Source: Octopus sinensis
Lineage: Eukaryota
Length of the DNA stretch: 64,000 bases
Reading direction: 5' to 3'
Assembly: GCF_006345805.1 (NCBI RefSeq)
Contig: NW_021836179.1
Location: forward strand, 124,001-188,000
The notes under the pieces are model-generated. The model saw only the letters and a list, made by a program, of their open reading frames with translations. It was not told the DNA's origin and did no database searches. Shown here piece by piece: positions 37,147 to 49,942 of this stretch; position 1 is the first letter of the stretch; each line of letters begins with the position of its first letter. The translations under genes were made by a program, and so were the position numbers.

Positions 37147-37407
37147 GGGGCTAAACACAGAGGGGCCAAACAAGGACAGACAAAGGTATTAAGTCAATTA
37201 CATCGACCCCAGTGCGAAACTGGTGCTTTACTTATCGACCCCGAAAGGATGAAAGGCAAAGTCGACCTCGGCAGAATTTGAACTCAGGTCAACTTTGTCT
37301 TTCATCCTTTCGGGGTCGATAAATAAAGTACCAGTTTCACACTGGGGTCGATGTAATCGACTTAATCCCTTTGTCTATCCTTGTTTGTTCCCTCAGTGTT
37401 TAGCCCC
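37147..37407. repeat. Inverted SINE-2 dimer (~120-bp arms, ~20-nt loop); copies at 45210-45470, 53441-53701 and 62754-63016
   Basis: GGGGCTAAACAC...GGCAAAGTCGACC / loop / GGTCAACTTTGTC...GTGTTTAGCCCC. Confidence 0.85.
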
Positions 37408-37721
37408 TTGTGGGTAGTAAAGAAATATATATATAGTTGAAATTTACAGAAAAGCAAAACACAAAGACGGGTGTATGAACAAGCAAGTTTATTGGTTTCA
37501 AACACAGGAAAGTGAGTCTTTTATGTTTCAAGCCTATGCTCTTCAGCAGAGAGGAAAAAGAGAAAATAAACAGAGAGAGAGAGAGAAGAAAAGAAAAAGA
37601 TTTAGCGGTCAAGTATGACAGGAGAGGTAGAAAGAATATATTGTTTGCTGTTGGGTGGGCATTGGTCCCATGTATTAACACCATCACAGAAGTTACAAGG
37701 TCTTCTAAACACTATCAGTGG

Positions 37722-37752
<31 letters not shown>

Positions 37753-38796
37753 TCCAGGGAAAATAATCTCTGTAAATATTTAAAGAGCAACAGTATTGAA
37801 TCACCAAATTAAGATTTAGATGAAGATCAGGATTTACTGAAGATTTTGGATTTCCATTTCCAGTCAACTTCTGCTCTGAAACTTCTCCAGTCTCAACAAA
37901 TTGGGTCCAGATGTCATTGCAGAGCTTCTTACATCAATCGAGGGCATTCATAATACAATCCATGGCATTTGCATTCTTCTTCATTCACCCAGGTCTCTTA
38001 TTACTGTGCAGCACCACATGTTTATGATAAAATTTCACTTCTACACAGAGAATATCCAGATTCTTGTCTTTGGTAAGGCTCCAAGGTCATGTTTTTTTGG
38101 GGTTTTTTTCGCAAAACACTCGACAGATTCGAGAAATGGTTTGTCCGCAACCTTATGCCTCTTCTTGGGAGTGTAAGAAACAACATTGCCCTGTCTTCTT
38201 TTTTCTCCAAAACACAATCTTCAACTTGGTCCTGAATAGAATGGATAGAATACACATTCATGTGCTTGCCTGTCTGTGTTTGTGTATATATGCACCTCTG
38301 TCTCCTTGCGTGTGTGTGTGTGTTATGTAACTATGTACCATGTTTGTATGTATGGATGTGCATCTTTATATGTGAGGATCTGTGTCTCCAAATGTGTCTG
38401 TTCATATAGTCTACATACCTATCCGTCTGTATATTGATCTGTATATTGATAACAGCTTGTTATCACACACACATATCTTTTTTTTACTATGTGAATAAAT
38501 TTATGTTTACAAGTTATTTTCTGAATGGAATGGATTTTAAAAAGCAACCTGTGTCCAGGTAAACTATGTGAATGCCAGGTAAGAATCTACTAAAGTGGCT
38601 GAAGTGGTTGGCATAGGGAAGGGCATCTGGCTGTAAAAAAACCATCTCAATGTGGTAACTTTGATGAGTATGGTTTCTGTCAGGGGTTAATGATTGCTGT
38701 TAAGGGCACAAAGGTTAAGCCGTGATTTACCAGAGAGAATGGTTTTAAGATTTCGGCTGTTGTTGGATGTTCTAATGAATTCTGACAATGATACAA

Positions 38797-39744
38797 TCAC
38801 ACTTTTACATGGACAGATGCATGTGTAGTTAAGTTACTTCTCTGAGAGAAAGATTTTCCACAGATATCACAATTATATGGCATCTCACCTGTATGAATAT
38901 GTTTGTGTTTAGTTAAATTTGAGTTGTCAGAGAATGATTTGCCACAGATATCACAGTGATGTGGTTTTTCTCTCGTATGAATACGTTTGTGAATAGTTAA
39001 GCTGTTGCTCTGAGAGAATGATTTATCACAGATGTCACAGTGATATGGTTTCTCCCCTGTATGAACACGTCTGTGATTAATTAAGTTCTGTTTTGCAGTG
39101 AATGATTTACCACAGGTGTCACACTGATATGGTCTTTCCCCTGTGTGAATATATTTGTGAGTAGTTAACACACTATTTTGAAAGAATGATGTACCACAGA
39201 TATTGCAGCGATATGGCTTCTTTCCTGTGTGAATACGTTTGTGTGTTGTTAAGGCATTACCTTCAGAGAATGACTTACCACAGGTAACACATTGAAATGG
39301 CTTTTCTCCTGTATGAAAACGTTTGTGTCCGTGTAAGTGACCATACAAAGTGAATGCCTTACCACAGATATCACAGGGATATGGTTTCTCTCCTGTGTGA
39401 ATATATTTGTGTTTAGTTAACGTACTACTTGCAGAGAATGATTTACCACAGACATCACAGTGAAATGGTTTCTCCCCTGTATGGATACGCTTGTGATATG
39501 TTAAATGACAATTATGAGAGAATGATTTACCACAGGTATCACAATCAAATGGCCGCTCCCCGGTATGAATACGTTTATGTCCAGTTAAGTGATGTCTTAG
39601 AGAGAATGATTTACCACAGGTATCACAGTCAAATGGCTTCTCACCTGTATGAACACGAATGTGTTTAATCAAATTATTACCTGTGTGGAAGAATTTACCA
39701 CAGATTTCACACCAATGTTGTGATTCTCTCAGTTCTTTTGACAT
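38797..39744 (-). CDS. ZNF-E2: 315 aa, 11 fingers
   Basis: Intact ORF; 5 aa differ from E1 and 1 aa from E3. Confidence 0.95.
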   Translation of the reverse strand: MSKELRESQHWCEICGKFFHTGNNLIKHIRVHTGEKPFDCDTCGKSFSLRHHLTGHKRIHTGERPFDCDTCGKSFSHNCHLTYHKRIHTGEKPFHCDVCGKSFSASSTLTKHKYIHTGEKPYPCDICGKAFTLYGHLHGHKRFHTGEKPFQCVTCGKSFSEGNALTTHKRIHTGKKPYRCNICGTSFFQNSVLTTHKYIHTGERPYQCDTCGKSFTAKQNLINHRRVHTGEKPYHCDICDKSFSQSNSLTIHKRIHTREKPHHCDICGKSFSDNSNLTKHKHIHTGEMPYNCDICGKSFSQRSNLTTHASVHVKV

Positions 39745-40290
39745 TTCTCTAAAGGATACAAATCAACCCAACCATTGAAGTTTCTCACAGTATCAAATTT
39801 TTCCTTTACCGTTCTTCTCTGACCAAATCATATAATTTCCTTTTTCTTGTTCTTTTGTAATAATTTATTCCTCAGAAATATTTCTACTGCTATCAACAGT
39901 GATCATTATCAATATCTAAAGATGCTGTTTAATTAGAATGCAAAAGCACCGGGTAATGAGATGGAGAAATGTTGCTATGAATCTCAGGTGAGAGCCAATA
40001 TTTCACAGCAATCCAACCCTAGATTTATAGCAGTAGGGTTATTATATCTGTTCCCTAAGACATTTTCCTTTAGTCTTTAAGACATGATAGATATTCCAGA
40101 TGTATCCAATATACAGAAGTCGTTTTGTGCCTATGTCATCTGTGAATCTGAAATAATAAAGAAACAGTTTTAGATAGAGAGGAGAGATCAAAATGGAAAT
40201 GTTACAACATTTCTTTATTAATTAACAAATGACATCATATAACATTGGGTGAAATCTAAAAATCTGTAGACTACAACTACTCCATCACAC

Positions 40291-40335
<45 letters not shown>

Positions 40336-40896
40336 ATTCACACAAGAAAAAAGCAGCAAGAATGGATTAGTTGTTCAGTACAATTGTTTCATACAAAGAA
40401 CAGATTTATTAAAAGCTGCAAATACAAGTGTCCCGTATTCATCAGCCAAAACACATATGAGTTTACCAAACCCCCTAGGATGTTTGGAAAACTCATATGT
40501 GTTTTGGCTGATGAATACAGGACACTTGTATTTGCTGCAATATTTGCAGCTTTAAATAAATCTGTTCTTCGTATGAAACAATTGTACTGAACAACTGATC
40601 CATTCTTGTTGCTTTTTTCTTGTTTATAATCACCCCACATTATTTTATGGTTAATACCATAAAGATTTCTGGTGCATATAAGTTAAGTACCACATTCATG
40701 TGAATTCATTGGAACTCACTTGAATCTTAATTATTTTACTGAAAAGAAATATATACATATATATAATATATTAAATTAGAGACAAAACCACTATTAGGCA
40801 AATCATATAATATATTACTATAAAATTGGATTTAATCCTAAATCTGATTTTTCCCTGTAAGTTTGGATTTATTCCCTAATATTTATTATTATTATC

Positions 40897-41834
40897 TGTC
40901 CTTGGTCCCCTCTTGTTTGTGGCATACATTAACGACATAGATGCCAATTTAAAGAATGCCACAGTATTGAAATATGCAGACGACATCAAGCTGTACCTTG
41001 AAATCAAGAGGGCAGATCCTGATGTCTACAACTCTTTCCTGCAATCAGACCTAGACACAATGCAGCAATGGATCACAGACTGGCAACTGAAACTGGCTGT
41101 GGACAAGTGTACCACCATGCATTTTGGGAGAAAAAACCCTGCGTTCACATATTCCCTCCACATCACTGATATCAAGAAATCCTCTTGCGAGCGTGACCTA
41201 GGCATCACTGTCAGCAGTGATTTGCGTTGGACAAAGCATATCTCTAAAATTGTCAAGAAGGCCGAGGGTGTCTTGGCATCACTCAGCAGGTCTTTTGTTA
41301 GCCGCTCTCCAGCCATCTATTTAAAACTGTATACAGCTATGGTACGACCACACTTGGAATTCGCATCATCAGTTTGGAACCCCTATCTTGCACAGAACAT
41401 TGACCTCCTGGAATCTGTCCAGAGACGTGCAACCAAACGCATACCCTCCATCAGACACCTACCATATTCTGAGTGCCTTGTTTCCCTGGGCATGGATTCA
41501 CTGAAGCTCCGGCGTCTGGCGACGGACTTGGTAAACACCCACAAGGTTATCAACCACCTCACCAACAACAACACTGAACACCTTTTTGATCTCCATGTGT
41601 CTAACACACGTGGACATGCCTACAAAGTCAGAAAACAACACAGCTCCCATGACTTTCGGAAACATTTTTTCACGCTGAGAGTTGCTGAAGCATGGAACAA
41701 ACTGCCTGCGTCAGTTGTTGACTGCCATGACACTGCATCCTTTAAGGCCCTCATGCTTTCTGAAATCCGCCGAAACTACACCTGATTATATATACACTTT
41801 AGATGAGTTGTAGTGCACCTGAGCACTGTACACA

Positions 41835-41865
<31 letters not shown>
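40897..41865 (+). mobile_element. 5'-truncated CR1/L2-clade LINE (290-codon open RT C-terminal half), antisense in the ZNF-E2 intron
   Basis: GPLLFVAYINDI..KYADDIKL..ERDLGI..RPHLEF.SSVW.P..E.VQRRATK..RVAEAWNKLP; (ATT)n tail. Confidence 0.92.
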
Positions 41866-41878
<13 letters not shown>

Positions 41879-43836
41879 TATACGCACATACATTGGATGA
41901 GGAGAGCTGTGTAAATAAAGTACCACTCCCAAACAGTTGAATGAATCCGGGGTTGAGGTAGCCCCAGGAAGACATGGGATGAGGTAGTGAAACATGGCCT
42001 TTGAACATTATGCCTCACAGAGGCAATGACAAAAAAACCGAGACCTCTGGAGATATGCTGCGACTGCGAAGAACTGGCAAAGTGCCATTTCTCATAAGGT
42101 CCACTGCGACAAGAATACTCGTGCAATTCATTGATGCAATTTCGACTGTGAATCGATTTTACGTTTGTAAAATAGGAAATTAGGCCGTGTTGTGTTGAGG
42201 GTGTAATTCCGTCTGTTCTTTGGTGAAACTTAGTCTAACTTTGGAAGATTCTGCTCAACATCGCTCACTGAAGCGTAGTGTTGTGTGCTCTGGAGGAGGA
42301 AAACAATCCGAATTAGATATGACCAGAGAAGGGGGAGGCAGCAAGGAAGGCCACAGTCGTCCCTCAGGAACCACAAAGTGTAAAGATGAAAACCTGGTCA
42401 TCTTATACACGGTATAAGTATTCCCGGATTTCTGGAAGCCGGATAAGAGATCCGGCACCTACGATCGATCGATCGATAGATAGGTGTGTATATCTTACCT
42501 GTTATGCTACACAAATCAATATTTAGCGTGAAAATATGTTTACTCACCTCAAAATCTCCGTGAAAAACAAACAAAAACACTTTACGGTTCTTCTCCCGCG
42601 TCAGGCAGGATGTAGCGGAAACGGAAGTGTGGGGTGTCATGTGATAAAAGTAATCCGCCCCCTCTTTCGATCTGCGGGGATCCCCCCCCCCGTCCCCAGG
42701 ACCAACTCCTTAAGGGGTACTTATTCCCTCCGCTCCAAAAGGGGAGGAGGAAATAGGGACTATGAAAACTCTGCGCTCGATATAATCGTCTCGTCCCCTT
42801 CTCCCCAAATCGCTCCCTTCTGGCAAAATTTGAAACCCTTATTTCATAATAATAATAATAATAACGAAATTATTGTATCCAGGGCTCAGGTGCCCCACAA
42901 CCTGTCAGAAAGTGTGTAATAAAGCATATGGAGTAATGTAGAAATGCCTGGGAAGCGAACAGTGTATGAGTCAGATACGTGCTTGTGTGTGTATGGAGGG
43001 GAGAAAGATCAGGTGTAGTGTTGGTGAATCTCAGGAAGCATGGAATATTATGATCAATAATTGCCTAAGAGGCTAAATTACGGTATGGGTACCGTTGCAG
43101 TCAAACTGGTGAACATTCTTTTGTTTACATTTGAAGAAGAAGATCGTTGCTCACCGTAAAAATTTCTATTTTTTTTATATATGTGGGATGGGGGAAGGGT
43201 GTCTTTTTCAAGTCGGCATATTCCCGGATTTCTGGAAGCCAGGTAAGAGGTCCGGCACGTATGATCAATCGATAGATAGGTATGTAAAGGCGGCGAGCTG
43301 GCAGAATCGTTAGCACGCCGGGCGAAATGTGTAGCCGTATTTCGTCCGCCGCTACGTTCTGGGTTCAAATTCCGCCGAGGTCGACTTTGCCTTTCATCCT
43401 TTCGGGGTCGATAAATAAAGTACCAGCTATCCACTGGGGTCGATGTAATCGACTTAATGCCTTTCTTTGTCCCCTCTATGTTTAGCCCCTTGTGGGCAAT
43501 AAAGAAATATATGCTATACAAATCAATATTTAGTGTGAAAATATATTTACTCACACCAAAATCTCCGTGTAGAACATACAAAAATATGTTATTGATATTC
43601 TCCTGGGTGAAACAGGTTGTAACGGAAAACACTCGGCGAGAAACGGAAGAAAATTTGAAGAAAGAAGGAAAAAAAATAGTAATAATATTTTGATGCAAAT
43701 CACCATGGTTACTGTGGTTAATATCTTGGCTGTGATAAACGCATCTTCGTTGTTCCCAGCAACGGCCTTGGTGGCCATGTTCTTAAAGACACCAGCATCG
43801 GTTCTCAAGCGATGTTGAGTGGGCGGACAAACACAG

Positions 43837-43867
<31 letters not shown>

Positions 43868-45784
43868 CACATATATATATATATATACATATATATGACA
43901 GGCTTCTTTCAGTTTCCGTCACAAGGCACTGGTCGGTCTGGGGCTATAGCAGAAGACACTTGCCCAAGATGCCACGCAGTGAGGCTGAACCCCGAACCAT
44001 GTGGTTAGTTAGCAAGCTACTTACCACACAGCCACTCCTGCGCCTATATATATATTTTATATTTTTCGTTCCAGCACACGATCTCAGATCAGGTCACTTG
44101 CTATGCAAGTACATCTCCATAATAAAAATATATATCATCCTTTCCCTGAACAGCCACCTCAGGGGCACCCAACAAGTTGAAGGGGCTCACTCACTCGCTA
44201 TAGAGTAACTACTCAGACACGAGTCAGCGCCACCAATGATGATATACATGTTGTCGTGATAATGGAATTGCTTTTATTTTTACTCCTGAATATTTTGGAA
44301 GATTTAAAAGCAGAAGTTTCTAAGCAGCCATGGATCCAATTATTGCTAAGCGTTCGCTTCATCATCATCATCATCGTTTAACATCCGTTTTCCGCGCTAG
44401 CACGGGTTGATGGTTCGACCGGGGATCTGGGAAGCCAGGGGCTGCACCAGGCTCCAGTCTGATCTGGCAGTATTTCTACAGCTGGATGCCCTTCCTAACG
44501 CCAACCACTCCATGAGTGTAGTGGGTGCTTCTTACGTGCCACTGGCACAAGTGCCAGGGGAGTCTGGCAGCGGCTACGATCGGTTGGTGCTATTAACAAT
44601 TTCATAAAATTGACATGGCTTAATACTTTGTCCGCATCAGCATTTATAAGTGGTACAATTAGAAGTATCAAAATTAACTTAAATATTCATCGTCTGAAAG
44701 TCTCCACTTTTGGATGTGTGCATGTATATATATATGTACATACATACATATATATGTATATACATACATATATATGTATATACATAGGCGCAGGAGTGGC
44801 TCTGTGGTAAGTAGCTTGCTTACCAGCCACATGGTTCTGGGTTCAGTCCCTCTGCATGGCATCTTGGGCAAGTGTCTTCTGCTATAGCCTTGGGCCGACC
44901 AATGCCTTGTGAGTGGATTTGGTAGACGGAAACTGAAAGAAGTCTGTCATATATATGGTTATATATATATGTGTGTGTATGTGTTTGCCCCTCTAGCATT
45001 GAACAAATTTCAACTATATATATCATCATCATCATCATCATTTAGCGTCCGCTTTCCATGCTAGCATGGGTTGGACAGTTCAACTGGGGTCTGGGAAGCC
45101 AGAAGGCTGCACCAGGCCCAGTCTGATCTGGCAATGTTTCAACGGCTGGATGGCCTTCCTAACGCCAACCACTCCGTGAGTGTAGTGGGTGCTCTTTACG
45201 TGGCTGGTGGGGGCTAAACACAGAGGGGCCAAACAAGGACAGACAAAGGTATTAAGTCAATTACATCGACCCCAGTGCGAAACTGGTGCTTTACTTATCG
45301 ACCCCGAAAGGATGAAAGGCAAAGTCGACCTCGGCAGAATTTGAACTCAGGTCAACTTTGTCTTTCATCCTTTCGGGGTCGATAAATAAAGTACCAGTTT
45401 CGCACTGGGGTCGATGTAATCGACTTAATCCCTTTGTCTATCCTTGTTTGTTCCCTCAGTGTTTAGCCCCTTGTGGGTAGTAAAGAAATATATATATAGT
45501 TGAAATTTACAGAAAAGCAAAACACAAAGACGGGTGTATGAACAAGCAAGTTTATTGGTTTCAAACACAGGAAAGTGAGTCTTTTATGTTTCAAGCCTAT
45601 GCTCTTCAGCAGAGAGGAAAAAGAGAAAATAAACAGAGAGAGAGAGAGAAGAAAAGAAAAAGATTTAGCGGTCAAGTATGACAGGAGAGGTAGAAAGAAT
45701 ATATTGTTTGCTGTTGGGTGGGCATTGGTCCCATGTATTAACACCATCACAGAAGTTACAAGGTCTTCTAAACACTATCAGTGG

Positions 45785-45815
<31 letters not shown>

Positions 45816-46860
45816 TCCAGGGAAAATAATCTCTGTAAATATTTAAAGAGCAACAGTATTGAATCACCAAATTAAGATTTAGATGAAGATCAGGATTTAC
45901 TGAAGATTTTGGATTTCCATTTCCAGTCAACTTCTGCTCTGAAACTTCTCCAGTCTCAACAAATTGGGTCCAGATGTCATTGCAGAGCTTCTTACATCAA
46001 TCGAGGGCATTCATAATACAATCCATGGCATTTGCATTCTTCTTCATTCACCCAGGTCTCTTATTACTGTGCAGCACCACATGTTTATGATAAAATTTCA
46101 CTTCTACACAGAGAATATCCAGATTCTTGTCTTTGGTAAGGCTCCAAGGTCATGTTTTTTTGGGGGTTTTTTTCGCAAAACACTCGACAGATTCGAGAAA
46201 TGGTTTGTCCGCAACCTTATGCCTCTTCTTGGGAGTGTAAGAAACAACATTGCCCTGTCTTCTTTTTTCTCCAAAACACAATCTTCAACTTGGTCCTGAA
46301 TAGAATGGATAGAATACACATTCATGTGCTTGCCTGTCTGTGTTTGTGTATATATGCACCTCTGTCTCCTTGCGTGTGTGTGTGTGTTATGTAACTATGT
46401 ACCATGTTTGTATGTATGGATGTGCATCTTTATATGTGAGGATCTGTGTCTCCAAATGTGTCTGTTCATATAGTCTACATACCTATCCGTCTGTATATTG
46501 ATCTGTATATTGATAACAGCTTGTTATCACACACACATATCTTTTTTTTACTATGTGAATAAATTTATGTTTACAAGTTATTTTCTGAATGGAATGGATT
46601 TTAAAAAGCAACCTGTGTCCAGGTAAACTATGTGAATGCCAGGTAAGAATCTACTAAAGTGGCTGAAGTGGTTGGCATAGGGAAGGGCATCTGGCTGTAA
46701 AAAAACCATCTCAATGTGGTAACTTTGATGAGTATGGTTTCTGTCAGGGGTTAATGATTGCTGTTAAGGGCACAAAGGTTAAGCCGTGATTTACCAGAGA
46801 GAATGGTTTTAAGATTTCGGCTGTTGTTGGATGTTCTAATGAATTCTGACAATGATACAA

Positions 46861-47808
46861 TCACACTTTTACATGGACAGATGCATGTGTAGTTAAGTTA
46901 CTTCTCTGAGAGAAAGATTTTCCACAGATATCACAATTATATGGCATCTCACCTGTATGAATATGTTTGTGTTTAGTTAAATTTGAGTTGTCAGAGAATG
47001 ATTTGCCACAGATATCACAGTGATGTGGTTTTTCTCTCGTATGAATACGTTTGTGAGTAGTTAAGCTGTTGCTCTGAGAGAATGATTTATCACAGATGTC
47101 ACAGTGATATGGTTTCTCCCCTGTATGAACACGTCTGTGATTAATTAAGTTCTGTTTTGCAGTGAATGATTTACCACAGGTGTCACACTGATATGGTCTT
47201 TCCCCTGTGTGAATATATTTGTGAGTAGTTAACACACTATTTTGAAAGAATGATGTACCACAGATATTGCAGCGATATGGCTTCTTTCCTGTGTGAATAC
47301 GTTTGTGTGTTGTTAAGGCATTACCTTCAGAGAATGACTTACCACAGGTAACACATTGAAATGGCTTTTCTCCTGTATGAAAACGTTTGTGTCCGTGTAA
47401 GTGACCATACAAAGTGAATGCCTTACCACAGATATCACAGGGATATGGTTTCTCTCCTGTGTGAATATATTTGTGTTTAGTTAACGTACTACTTGCAGAG
47501 AATGATTTACCACAGACATCACAGTGAAATGGTTTCTCCCCTGTATGGATACGCTTGTGATATGTTAAATGACAATTATGAGAGAATGATTTACCACAGG
47601 TATCACAATCAAATGGCCGCTCCCCGGTATGAATACGTTTATGTCCAGTTAAGTGATGTCTTAGAGAGAATGATTTACCACAGGTATCACAGTCAAATGG
47701 CTTCTCACCTGTATGAACACGAATGTGTTTAATCAAATTATTACCTGTGTGGAAGAATTTACCACAGATTTCACACCAATGTTGTGATTCTCTCAGTTCT
47801 TTTGACAT
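46861..47808 (-). CDS. ZNF-E3: 315 aa, 11 fingers
   Basis: Intact ORF. Confidence 0.95.
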   Translation of the reverse strand: MSKELRESQHWCEICGKFFHTGNNLIKHIRVHTGEKPFDCDTCGKSFSLRHHLTGHKRIHTGERPFDCDTCGKSFSHNCHLTYHKRIHTGEKPFHCDVCGKSFSASSTLTKHKYIHTGEKPYPCDICGKAFTLYGHLHGHKRFHTGEKPFQCVTCGKSFSEGNALTTHKRIHTGKKPYRCNICGTSFFQNSVLTTHKYIHTGERPYQCDTCGKSFTAKQNLINHRRVHTGEKPYHCDICDKSFSQSNSLTTHKRIHTREKPHHCDICGKSFSDNSNLTKHKHIHTGEMPYNCDICGKSFSQRSNLTTHASVHVKV

Positions 47809-48354
47809 TTCTCTAAAGGATACAAATCAACCCAACCATTGAAGTTTCTCACAGTATCAAATTTTTCCTTTACCGTTCTTCTCTGACCAAATCATATAAT
47901 TTCCTTTTTCTTGTTCTTTTGTAATAATTTATTCCTCAGAAATATTTCTACTGCTATCAACAGTGATCATTATCAATATCTAAAGATGCTGTTTAATTAG
48001 AATGCAAAAGCACCGGGTAATGAGATGGAGAAATGTTGCTATGAATCTCAGGTGAGAGCCAATATTTCACAGCAATCCAACCCTAGATTTATAGCAGTAG
48101 GGTTATTATATCTGTTCCCTAAGACATTTTCCTTTAGTCTTTAAGACATGATAGATATTCCAGATGTATCCAATATACAGAAGTCGTTTTGTGCCTATGT
48201 CATCTGTGAATCTGAAATAATAAAGAAACAGTTTTAGATAGAGAGGAGAGATCAAAATGGAAATGTTACAACATTTCTTTATTAATTAACAAATGACATC
48301 ATATAACATTGGGTGAAATCTAAAAATCTGTAGACTACAACTACTCCATCACAC

Positions 48355-48399
<45 letters not shown>

Positions 48400-48960
48400 A
48401 TTCACACAAGAAAAAAGCAGCAAGAATGGATTAGTTGTTCAGTACAATTGTTTCATACAAAGAACAGATTTATTAAAAGCTGCAAATACAAGTGTCCCGT
48501 ATTCATCAGCCAAAACACATATGAGTTTACCAAACCCCCTAGGATGTTTGGAAAACTCATATGTGTTTTGGCTGATGAATACAGGACACTTGTATTTGCT
48601 GCAATATTTGCAGCTTTAAATAAATCTGTTCTTCGTATGAAACAATTGTACTGAACAACTGATCCATTCTTGTTGCTTTTTTCTTGTTTATAATCACCCC
48701 ACATTATTTTATGGTTAATACCATAAAGATTTCTGGTGCATATAAGTTAAGTACCACATTCATGTGAATTCATTGGAACTCACTTGAATCTTAATTATTT
48801 TACTGAAAAGAAATATATACATATATATAATATATTAAATTAGAGACAAAACCACTATTAGGCAAATCATATAATATATTACTATAAAATTGGATTTAAT
48901 CCTAAATCTGATTTTTCCCTGTAAGTTTGGATTTATTCCCTAATATTTATTATTATTATC

Positions 48961-49898
48961 TGTCCTTGGTCCCCTCTTGTTTGTGGCATACATTAACGAC
49001 ATAGATGCCAATTTAAAGAATGCCACAGTATTGAAATATGCAGACGACATCAAGCTGTACCTTGAAATCAAGAGGGCAGATCCTGATGTCTACAACTCTT
49101 TCCTGCAATCAGACCTAGACACAATGCAGCAATGGATCACAGACTGGCAACTGAAACTGGCTGTGGACAAGTGTACCACCATGCATTTTGGGAGAAAAAA
49201 CCCTGCGTTCACATATTCCCTCCACATCACTGATATCAAGAAATCCTCTTGCGAGCGTGACCTAGGCATCACTGTCAGCAGTGATTTGCGTTGGACAAAG
49301 CATATCTCTAAAATTGTCAAGAAGGCCGAGGGTGTCTTGGCATCACTCAGCAGGTCTTTTGTTAGCCGCTCTCCAGCCATCTATTTAAAACTGTATACAG
49401 CTATGGTACGACCACACTTGGAATTCACATCATCAGTTTGGAACCCCTATCTTGCACAGAACATTGACCTCCTGGAATCTGTCCAGAGACGTGCAACCAA
49501 ACGCATACCCTCCATCAGACACCTACCATATTCTGAGTGCCTTGTTTCCCTGGGCATGGATTCACTGAAGCTCCGGCGTCTGGCGACGGACTTGGTAAAC
49601 ACCCACAAGGTTATCAACCACCTCACCAACAACAACACTGAACACCTTTTTGATCTCCATGTGTCTAACACACGTGGACATGCCTACAAAGTCAGAAAAC
49701 AACACAGCTCCCATGACTTTCGGAAACATTTTTTCACGCTGAGAGTTGCTGAAGCATGGAACAAACTGCCTGCGTCAGTTGTTGACTGCCATGACACTGC
49801 ATCCTTTAAGGCCCTCATGCTTTCTGAAATCCGCCGAAACTACACCTGATTATATATACACTTTAGATGAGTTGTAGTGCACCTGAGCACTGTACACA

Positions 49899-49925
<27 letters not shown>
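48961..49925 (+). mobile_element. CR1/L2-clade LINE copy in the ZNF-E3 intron
   Basis: As 40897-41865 (one A>T amino-acid change). Confidence 0.92.

Positions 49926-49942
<17 letters not shown>

Larger units (their letters stand above)
27423..37657. repeat. Tandem segmental duplication, unit 1 (contains ZNF-E1)
   Basis: Colinear with 37658-45720 and 45721-53957; longer because of the 167-bp array. Confidence 0.95.
37658..45720. repeat. Tandem segmental duplication, unit 2 (8063 bp; contains ZNF-E2)
   Basis: Junction GCTGTTGGGTG|GGCATTGGTCCC at both 37657/8 and 45720/1. Confidence 0.95.

Noticed and set aside
40913-41785. 290-aa ORF as a host gene
   Set aside because: It is the 5'-truncated RT half of a CR1/L2 LINE with GTG start and simple-repeat tail; open because it is young and was copied with the segmental duplication.
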